DNA of 64,000 bases from Gekko japonicus (lineage: Eukaryota). This document shows positions 22,710 to 33,500 of the stretch, one piece after another. The stretch covers positions 774,557-838,556 of the forward strand of contig NW_015173680.1 in assembly GCF_001447785.1 (NCBI RefSeq). Reading direction: 5' to 3'. The notes under the pieces were generated by a model that had not been told where the DNA came from, ran no database searches, and saw nothing but the letters and a program-made list of their open reading frames with translations. The translations under genes were made by a program, and so were the position numbers. Position 1 is the first letter of the stretch. Each line of letters starts with the position of its first letter.

Positions 22710-23949
22710 CCCATCTGTCCACTTCTGCCAACAGTACTAGAACACTCATCAAGCGTGGCCTCCTCATCCAATCAAAAGAGATGAATGGCTCCATTTAGCT
22801 GCTGTTTACTCAGTTATGCAAGCCCATTTCAAGAGTACTACTCAGCTAAATGAGAGGGAAGCCAAGTGCGTAAACGTATGCCTCTGGAGGGAAGAAAAGG
22901 CACACCCGATCGCCCTCCGCCCAGTCTCCCCATCACGTGTCTTTTGCTGATGCTTTGGCACCATTTGTCTAAAAGGAGTCAAGCATTAACCCAGTTCATA
23001 TAACAAGTCCTCTGGCAACTTAAAGACTAGTTATAATTGTGCTCCCTCATCTTCCATAAAGAATAAATGAAAGAGGAACCAGGTATGGTTTGAAGCTAAG
23101 CCATCTAGGATTGGTCAGTGCCTAAAGGGGAGACCACTGGGAAACCCATCCCCAAAAGGAAGACAATTGAAGAACTAGTGGCTGGAATTTTTAAGTGAAT
23201 TTCAGCCTCAGTCTTCCACCTAAAGTATGAGGATTGTTTTCCTGAATTTACAGGGATGCTAAAATCGACTGAGATTATGTATCTAAACACTCAGGAAATG
23301 CCATACAAATGCAGATTATTAATGATGGATGTTCTCTAGTGACAACAACCCTCCTTGAGATGGAGGAGTCCAAAGCTGATGTCCCATGTGGCAGAAGGAA
23401 TACACGGGACTGTGAAAGGAGGAAGACAGAGCAGGAGGAGTAGAACAGGTAAGAGAGTTTGTATAGCACTGAAAAGCTTGTACATTGCAGAAAGAGGGAG
23501 ACCCCTGAGGTGGGGAAGTGGTGCACCCTGCTCCCCACAAGAAGCAAGTGGGGAAATTACTTTGTAGATACTTTTCTAAATAAAAACTGGGTGGGTAAAG
23601 CTGTTGTGAGAAGGATGGAGAAAGAGGGAAATTTTCAGTTGGGTGAATTCCCCAGGAATTGCTGCAAGAGTAAGCTGTGATTTGCAGCTGAGAAGTTATC
23701 ACCAGCACAGTAGTTCCATCATAGTCCAGGCCCCAGGTTTACACCTGCTGGAGCACAATTATTTCGCCATTTTAAAAAATGAAAATGATCAGGTCCCACC
23801 CTACACCTCGGAATCTGGTGGTTGTCCCTCAGCCCCAAGATGGGGGAGGGGGGAGTGGCCACATTCCCAAGAGGAAGACAACCTCAAAGACTGTTGTGAT
23901 TTCTCAAAGACATGGGATTTCTCACTCAGGTGATTTCCATGGGCCCTCC

Positions 23950-24045
23950 TTATTGGCTGGGCCCACTAGCTCTGCTCTTCCCAAGCAAGCCCCTCCTTAG
24001 CCAGCAATATTATAAAAGGAACACCTTACGGAGCACTTTGCTATG
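23950..24045 (+). promoter_or_regulatory. SFTPB core promoter (TATA box)
   Basis: TATAAAA at 24011-24017, ~50 nt before the signal-peptide ATG; inverted CCAAT (ATTGG) at ~23953. Confidence 0.7.
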
Positions 24046-24061
24046 AAAGCACAGTACAGCC

Positions 24062-27000
24062 ATGTTGCAACTGCTTCTGCTCGCCCTTCTCTATGGGGGC
24101 TCAGGTAAGCTTGATGGGCTGGGGACATGGGGAGGAATTTCCTGGTCAGAGTGAATACAGGTGATCAGTTTCTAGATGGCAGCTTACTATGAGGAGCATG
24201 TAATCGCTAAGCAACTGGTCATCTATACTGTATTGTATTGTATTGCATTGGGTCATATGTTACTCCAGTGAGAAAACTGGAGAGGCAGAGGATAACAGTG
24301 ATAACATCCCACTCACCAGTCGGCAGAAGAGTCTTTATTTAGTTTTTTTATTTAGGGCTGCATTTGACTAATTTAGTTTTCATTTATCAGTGGTCCTAAT
24401 TGTGATCATATATATATAATCATTACATTCATTGTAAGCCACCTTGAATTCTGCAATGTAGAAAGGTGGTTAATAAAAAATTTAAATAAATAAATAAATA
24501 AAAGTATTGCTAGGCCCTGTAAAGGAGATGCTTTTGTCAGCCATTGTTATTATCTTGGTGATTCCTTTTGCAGACCTATGGGCATATCAAGAGCAACAAC
24601 CCCGCAAAGAGAGGTTGTTATCTCCGGCCCTGGCAGCCTAAATGTTGAGAGTGCAGGGAAGGAGGAAAGAGGAGAGGCCAGGTCAAAAGAGATGAATGGG
24701 AGCAACTGTGTCCACATATACTTGGTCTTGTTAGGCTGGGATAAAACAGGAGTCATGCCTGAACAGTCAGTCTTCACTTCACAGAGCCCCCAGTCCTGCT
24801 ATGTATACTTTATACATAAGATGACATTTGCAAGCCTAGCAAAATGACAGTTGTATGCAGGTAGGGGAGAATGGATGGAGACTAGTAAACTGCAGGCTAG
24901 TAGACAGGCCAGGCAATGGGCAGATTTTGCCTCCTTCCAGCAGAGTCCCTAAGTGCAACACTATACTTTTCTCCATTGAAGTGAATGGAGATGGTGCCAC
25001 AGGAGGTGGCGGCAATTACAAGCATGGATGGCTTCAAGAAGGAATTGGATAAACATATGCAGCAGAGGTCCATCTGTGGCTATTAGCCACAAGGTATAGA
25101 TAGGAACTCTCAGTCTGGGGCAAGTGACGCTCCGTATTCTTGGTGCTTGGGGGGGGCAACAGTGGGAGGGCTTTTAGTGTCCTGGCCTTATCTTCTGTTT
25201 GTGGAGAGTGGGTCAGAATGTTGGGGACTGGTTTTGATGGATAGATTTGTAAACAGATTGTTAAACAATGCTGTTTTAGCTAACAACAGTAGGAACTCTA
25301 GCTGGATAAAAGGATAGAATTTTCTCAAGGTCATAATAAATTCCAGGTGAATTGTAATAGGCAAGACAGTAGTATTTCACCAGCCCTGTAAAAGGGAAGA
25401 CTCCAGATTCAACACAAACATTTTATAATGTCTAGAAAGTGCTTGATTGCTGGGCTGCACCTCCAGCAGCTCCTGTAACTAGAGTTACCAACTTCCAGGT
25501 GGTGGCTGAAGACCCAATAGGGTTATAACTGATCTCCAGGCAATAGAGATCAGTTCACATAAGAACATAAGAACATAAGAGACGCCAATGTTGCATCAGG
25601 CCAAAGGCCCATCCCGTCCAACACTCTGTGTCACACAGTGGCCAGAAATACCAGTGCCATCAGGAGGTCCAGCAGTGGGGCCAGGACATTAGAAGCCCTC
25701 CCACTGTTGACCCCCCCCAAGCACCAAGAAGACAGAGCATCACTTGCCCCAGAGCCCCTATCTATACCTTGTGGCTAATAGCCACTGATGGACCTCTGCT
25801 CCATATGCTTATCTAATTCCCTTTTGAAGCCGTCCATGCTTGTAGCCGCCACCACTTCCTGTGGCAGTGAATTCCATGTGTTAATCACTCTTTGGGTGAA
25901 AAAGTACTTCCTTTTATCTGTTCTAACCCGACCGCTCAGCAATTTCATGGAATGCCCACGGGTTCTTGTATTGTGAGAAAGGGAGAAAAGTACCTCTTTC
26001 TCTACCTGCTCTTTCCCATGCATAATCTTATAAACCTTGATCATGTCACCCCTCAGTCGTCATTTCTCCAAGCTAAAGAGCCCTAAGCGCCTTAACCTTT
26101 CCTCATAGGGAAAGTGTTCCAACCAAATGGCCACATTGGAAGGTGGACTTTATGGCATATGGAGCCCCTCCCCTTCCCAAACCCTTCCATCCTCAGGCTC
26201 CACTCCCAAATATCCAGGTAGTTCCTAACTCAAAGCTGGCAACCCTACCTGTGATGCCACATGAGCTCCTGAAGCAGAAAAAACGTCTTGGCCTAGTGCT
26301 TTGTGGTTCTGTGTGCAAACAATGAAGAAACTGAAACCTGCTGCTTTCCAAAAGCAGGCCATCCCTCTCTTGTTCACACCAAATGCCAAGACTAGCTGAG
26401 CAAACAGCATGAGTGGGAACACTGAGAATCATGTCCACATACTCCATGCCCACGTCATCAGGAGAGAGTCAAGGGGGCCCCCTGAGCTGCAAACATGGAA
26501 AACTTCTGAAGTGTGTCACTTCCTTGTCCTTAGAATGAGACTCTTTACCTCTTGAAGTGTTGCAAGGGATGTGAAGCAAACAGAGCTGGGGGGCGGTGGT
26601 TCAAGGGCTCACGCACACAGGACTTGATGAGCATTAGTGCTGTTATTCTAAGATTGTGATACTTTCCAAGGTACACATATTCTCGCACTTTTGGGGCAGC
26701 GACTCTCTCAGCCTAACCTGCTTCCCAGAGTAGTTGTGAGGATAAAGTGGAAAAGGGAAGAACAATGTTGTAAGCTGCTTTGGATCCCCAGTAGGGTTGC
26801 CAGGTCTGGTTTGGAAAATACCTGGAGACTTTGGGGGTGGATTCAGGAGAGGGTGGGGTTTGGGGAGGGGAGGGGCCTCAGCATGGTATAATGCCATAGA
26901 GTCCCCCCTTCAAAGCACCCATTTTCTCCAGGGGAACTGATCTCTGTCAGCTGGAGATGAGTTGTAAAAGCGGGAGATCCCCAGGCCCCACCTGGAGGCT

Positions 27001-28131
27001 GGCAACCCTAATCCCCAGTGAGGACAAAAGCAGGGTATAAATATCTAATTTTTAAAAATCCTGTGTAGGTAAGGTATAGCTGAGAGGGTGACTGGCCTGT
27101 GGTCACCCAGAGAGTTTCATGCCTGAGAGGCTACTGAGTCCCATGTCCAAACCCAACACTGTGTCTACAGTTTTGTTGCTTTTACCCAAACTGGCTAAAC
27201 GTCACCTTCCGCTTCCTCCCCTGGTATTATGGCTTATGCTGAGTATGTCTGTTCTCTTTCCTAGTAGAGTCATCTACTTCTTGGGTCACTTCTGGTGACT
27301 TGCTTTGAGCCCCAACAGTAAAATTTTATTTATCGTTCTTCAGTGTTTTATTTAGCACGTTTTTATTTTGCCCTTCTTCCAAGAAGCTCAGGATGATGTA
27401 TATGGTTCTTCATTTTATCCTTACCCCAGCCACCCCGTGTGGAAAGTTAGGCTGCAAGAGAGTGACTGGCCCCAGCAAGTTTCGTGGCACAGCAGGGATT
27501 TGAATCTGGGTCTCCCAGATACTAAACACCATCAGGCTGGCTTGTATTTCAAAGAATTGCATCCCACCTTTCAATCAAACGAAGTCCAATTCAAGAGCCT
27601 TGGTTTCCACTGAAAACAGCCTTCTGGGTAATCTCTAGGTGGTCAGCAGCAAAGAGAGGCATTAGAGGGATGTGATGTCAAAGCCTTTTCCCAACACTTT
27701 GATGTCCCTGCTGATATTGGTGCTGCTATCCTTATGAGGTCCATAGTGATTAAATTTTAGTATGCCAGCTGTAATTTTAGTATGGCAATCAAGGGGTTAA
27801 ATAAAACAGTAGGTCTTCTGAATAAGCCCCATGGGATGGTGTTGCAAAAGAGTGCAGCTGTGCTTATGCACAGCTTTGAGAACTTCCTGGTTTATTATTC
27901 CCATTGTATGTTCAAACCCAGAGAATGAAAAGCTCCCTTTTTCAGCATTTGTGGAACACAGTGGGAAGAGGTGCTGGACTCTGCCAAGGGGAGGACTGAC
28001 ATGGCAGCTGTCCCTTTCTTCCCCCACCCTTATGAAGATCTCAGAGAGAATCATGGCAAAGAGGAGAGGCAGTGTGGTGAAATGGTCACCATGATGGGGC
28101 ACTTAAAATCCTCACTCGGCCATGAAGGTCA

Positions 28132-28162
<31 letters not shown>

Positions 28163-30550
28163 CCCAAACTTCCCCACAAGCAGGGCTTTTTTTGTAGAAA
28201 AAGCCCAGCAGGAACTCATTAGCATAACAGGCCATGCCCAACTGCAGAAACTCATTAGCATATTAAGCCATACCCTTGACAGCACAGCATATTAACATAT
28301 TAGGCTACACCCCCATGTTATCAGAAGTGTGGTCATCCAGCCACACCCACCTTTTCTCTTCTTATTCTGTTTACTTTGTTTGTTGTCAAAAGGGCTTTTT
28401 TTGTACCAGGAACCCCTTTGCATGTTAGGCTACACACCCCTAATCCTAATCAGTTTCTGCTGTTGGGTGTGGCCTGTTATGCTAATAAGTTCCTGCTGGG
28501 CGTGGCCGACTCGGGAGCCAGCCGGAACTCCGTTCCTGTGCGTTCCTGCCCAAAGATAGCCCTGCCCACAAGGCTGTTCTGAAGATAACATGAAGGAGAG
28601 GAGGCCCATGTATGCAAACTATAGCTCCTTGAAATAGGTTATTTAAAAAGTTGTGGTTACTTAGATTGTGAAATTAGTTTTAGCTTGGAAAGTTAAACTT
28701 CTTTTTTACTATATACCCTTTTAATCAATTGCAGCTTTAAAAATAATTTTCTTTATATTACATAAAAGAAAAGAAAACATGAGACCTCAAAAGCCAGCAA
28801 AATACATGTCCCAACGTTCAATAAAGAATACCCAGTTTCTAACAAATGTATTTTATGGGGATTCTCTTCCTTCTCTTTCATAATATTAGTTTAGTTAGAA
28901 AAGCCACTGTCAATGTCATCATACACCAATCTAGAAGTGTATCCATTGTACTGTTATAATACATGGTATATATGCTTGCTTCGTGTTTTCATGGTTTCTG
29001 CTTACAGAAAGAGCTGGTAAAATGGAATGGCCAGTGACTTGCTTACTAGACTGTGTCCTTCATGGCTAATCTCACCTGAATGGGTGTGCCCAGGAAATTA
29101 GTAAAGCTTCTTTACAAGTAGAGCAGTGCCTGCTGCTTTGAAAGAGACAGTGTTGAGACCACTCCTTTAAAACACACAAACATACACAACAACACTCTTA
29201 AGTGGAGTCAGATGGCTTTTGCAATGTTCACCTCATTCCATTATTGAGCATGTGATGGTAATGCACCCCCTGACTTCCCTGGATTAAACCAACCTTCATC
29301 TGTTTGGTTTCGGGCCCAGATTTGGTACGGAGACACTTCAGTCATCCTATGTCAAGCGTCAGACAGAAGAGATGTCATTCTCTCCATGGTTTTTGATCCT
29401 GTCATGATATCTTTCCGAATCACCTCCTTAATTTGAGGACTGGGTCTAACTTTCTGCAATGGTGCTTGGTTGCCCCTATCTGGCAGGTATATTTCAGAAG
29501 GCAATGCAACTGCTCCATCCCACAGCAGCTGCTATGTGGCCTGCCACAAAGTTCTGTTGTATCCCCTCTGCCACAAAACCACAAGGGGTTTCACCCTCAG
29601 CCCCTGCCACCTTGCTTTGCATTACGGGACTCATAATAGCAACCTACGTGTAAATATTAATAATGCAACAAAAAGGAGATAAAATACACACAATGCTTTG
29701 AACACTGAAGCTAAGGGTTATTATTGCCATTGCTTATGCTGCCTATTGATCCTTTGGCCAGTGGCTGAAGCACTTGACCATAAACCCTTCTTCAAGAACA
29801 CAAGTTTCTGTCCCTAGCCCACTGTCACTTATAAAAGTCTGGTCTTCTCGTCTCCTTTTTCAGCCCTGGCCAACAAGATCTCCATTCACCATCAATGTGC
29901 CAAAGGTCCTACATACTCATGTAAGAACCTAATGACAGCCATCCAGTGTGGCACCTTCCAACACTGCATGCTGGCAGGCTGGAACCAGACCCCCAATGTA
30001 AGTATCTGCTGGTCTCTTTCCCCACCAGCTCCTCCTCTCTTTCCATGGCTCAGCAGTCATTATAGAACAGTGTGAGAAAGGAGAGATCCTTGGAGAATCT
30101 GCTGTTGTACCTGGTCACCAGGTAAGGGGCTAAAATAAAGGATTGTTGCTGGGAGGCACAAGGGGTGGCTACCATTCACTTGGATGCCTGGAAGATAGCT
30201 TTTCTGAGGGTCTGGCTCCATGAGATGCTTTCCTGAAGTATTTATTTACCATATTTATAGTCCACCTTTCTCACTGAGACNNNNNNNNNNNNNNNNNNNN
30301 NNNNNNNNNNNNNNNNNNNNNNNNNNNNNNNNNNNNNNNNNNNNNNNNNNNNNNNNNNNNNNNNNNNNNNNNNNNNNNNNNNNNNNNNNNNNNNNNNNNN
30401 NNNNNNNNNNNNNNNNNNNNNNNNNNNNNNNNNNNNNNNNNNNNNNNNNNNNNNNNNNNNNNNNNNNNNNNNNNNNNNNNNNNNNNNNNNNNNNNNNNNN
30501 NNNNNNNNNGTCGCCCGGGGTCGTCATGACTGCCAGGCACCGGGGGGGGG

Positions 30551-30583
<33 letters not shown>

Positions 30584-33500
30584 GCAAAAATAACAAACAT
30601 GCCATTCTGAGCAATTCTGTTTTACATAGACTGCAGAACAACAAATGCATGGGAGCCTTCCTAATCTACTCAGGCAGGGCATTGCACGGGGGGAGGGGGG
30701 ACACACAAGCACGTAAAGGCATTGGTTGATCTTATCGATTTGCAAGATGTTACCCTCAGGAGGCCGTGTTCATATGAGCCAAACTATCATGGTGCCACGT
30801 GGGAGGAGAGGCGGTCCTGCAGATCTGAGGGCCCAGGGCCATGAAGGGGTTTGAATACATCAACCTTTTTGGATTGGGACTATGGCACAAAGGGAGAGTA
30901 GGCTTAAGCATCCCCCTACATTCTTTTCCTGACCTTCAACATCCCCAGGAGCTGCTGTTTGCTCCACCGGGGAAAATTAATGCAAAGCCCATCAGTACAT
31001 ATTCAGTTTCCTCGATAGGGCAAATAGTGGCTCACTGGGCCATTTTACATCTGGTAAACTGCCCAAAGGGGTATGCTTAGGCCCCCCCACCTATGTGCCA
31101 AGGTCCCAATCCAAACTGTGCCCAGGTGCACCATGGATGCAGAGTATGTCTGCCGACCCCACCCATCAAGGAAAAGCGTATTGTGTACTTAGGCCCTGAG
31201 CCAGCCTCCAGTTTGTGATGCCCTGCTTGCTCTTGCCTCCTAGGATTCCTGCACAGACTGTGAACAGATTGTCACCATCCTCACTCGCATGGCCAAGGAG
31301 TCATCCTTTAAGGTAATTAGGAGAACCAGGTCCCGTTTACTATAGACAACCCCTCTTGTCTGCTCTTTCTCTCTGGCAAACATTACCCCTACTCTTGTCT
31401 TGGGGGCGGGGAGTAGGGCCATCTCCTTGAAATATTATTACTGAGGGCTGTTAGCATTTTCTTTTCCAAGCATTCAGCTCTCTTCTGCATGGGAAAGGAT
31501 GCATCTGCCCCCAGGGCACGTCCATGTGAATGCCTGCACATGAATACTAAGGCTCCATGCACATTATACAATCTGCCACTTCTCACAGTGCAGGTACTGA
31601 TATGTATTGTAGAACAATTATGGGTTTTTTTCAAGTTCAGCATTCAACAAAGGACCTTCCCCTCTTGGCCTTTGATTCAATGGATGGGTGGGCATTGCAA
31701 AGCAAGATTAATATAGCAGGTAGCAAAGTGGCTCCAGCAGTGGCTAAGCAGAGCTCATGAAGTGCTCCTTGGTATGAGAAGGGGGGGGGTTTACACGCAC
31801 AGCTCTATTTTCATCTTTGACATATTGGACAAAAACTGTAACTTGAAAGTCCTGGTTTAAAATTCACAACGTTTGGCCTAGCAGCAGACCCACCTGGAGA
31901 AGGCGTTTCACAGATGAGGTGCCACAACCTAGAAGGTGCTCTGTCTTTCGCAGCCACCTCTCTCACTTCTGAACGTGGGAGTCACAAAACCGGGCTTGGG
32001 ATGGAAGATCTAAGAGCTCAAGCAGTCACATATGGAAACAGGAGGCCTTTGAGATGCCTGATTCTAAACTGTTCAAGGCTTTAAGGGCAGGGATAGGAAC
32101 TTTGAACTGAGCTTGGGAAACATAACAGGCAGGCAGCGAAGTTCTGTAAGTAGCAGCTTAATGTGTTGCCCATAATAATCAGTGGCCAATAGTTTTGTTG
32201 CTTCATTTGGAATCAATTTAAGTTTCCGAACCATTGTGCAGCTTTGCTAAATGGTTACAAATCAGTGAAGGTTTTGGGGAGGGAGAATCCAGTGGAAAAG
32301 GTGTCTTGGCAGAGTTTCCAGCCTCTAATCAGCTCCCCAATCACCTTCCCTCTGCATCAGTAAAGGTAAAGGTACATCAGCTATAATATACAACACTTGC
32401 TCTCTGAAGTGTCCAAGAGCCCCACCCTTTCTGCACATGAAACTTTGTTAAATCTAAGCAGGCCTGAGTCCTTGGAAACCCCCTCCTACCCCATACACAT
32501 ATGTCACCTCAATATCCATGGAGGGGAGATGGAATATAACTGAAAGCAGAAGTCAGGAAAGTACACAATTTACCTCTTTGCATAATTATCCTAATTCCAG
32601 AATTTGGGTTTTTCCAATTCTTGACCTCCTCTTCAGTTTTCACTAGACCATTGCATGATGTTTAATCAATTAAATCTGTATTTATTTCTATATACCTGGT
32701 CTTTGGTCCTGGGAGAAAGACAGGTATATTTAAAAAATAAATAAATATATTTTAACTATACACAGAATAACCAATTTAAAAAGTCTTCTTCTCCTCCTCA
32801 TATATTTCTATATACCTGGCCTTTGGCCCTGGGAGAAAGGCAGGTATATTTAAAAAAATAAATAAATACATTTTAACTATAGACAGAAAAAACCAATTTA
32901 AAAAGTCTTCTTCTCCTCCTCCATCTCAGTGGTTATGGGAGGAATGCAACCCCAGGTTTTGCAAATGCAGGAGACCATGGGTTATCCGGCCAGTGCTGCA
33001 CATCATTCTGCTGTCCAAACACCCTAGCTGTGAGTTGGGATGAGTGGTGGTAAAACAGACATCCCATAAGAGACAGCTCTCCCTAAGCTGACTATGTGAA
33101 TAGCTGCCAGAGAGGCAGGCACAAGAGGAGAGAAGTGGGCAGACATCCCAAGCCTGCTCATATTGCCCCCTCCCCACCATTTCTCACTGTTATCCTCATA
33201 TAGGAGTCCATCCAGAAGTACCTGGAGCATGAATGTACCACTTTGCCGCTGCAGACACTGGTCCCACGTTGCCAGACACTGGTGGATACATACTTAGACC
33301 TCTTCATCACCAGCCTGGAAGGGCAGATCGTAAGTAGCCCCAGTTGGACCAGCTCTGCCTCTAATCCTCTTAGTGGTTTAGTAACTTAGAAGCTGAGTGA
33401 TAGTGGGGGGGGGAGCAAAGGTAGAAGTTGCTCTAGCATGAGAAAAAGTATGGAGGTGGAACAGGAGACAGACATATCTGGACTGATTGGCTGTGAAGAT

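Noticed and set aside
30220-30729. ORFs across the large gap
   Set aside because: Artefacts of N translation and a (CA)n microsatellite.
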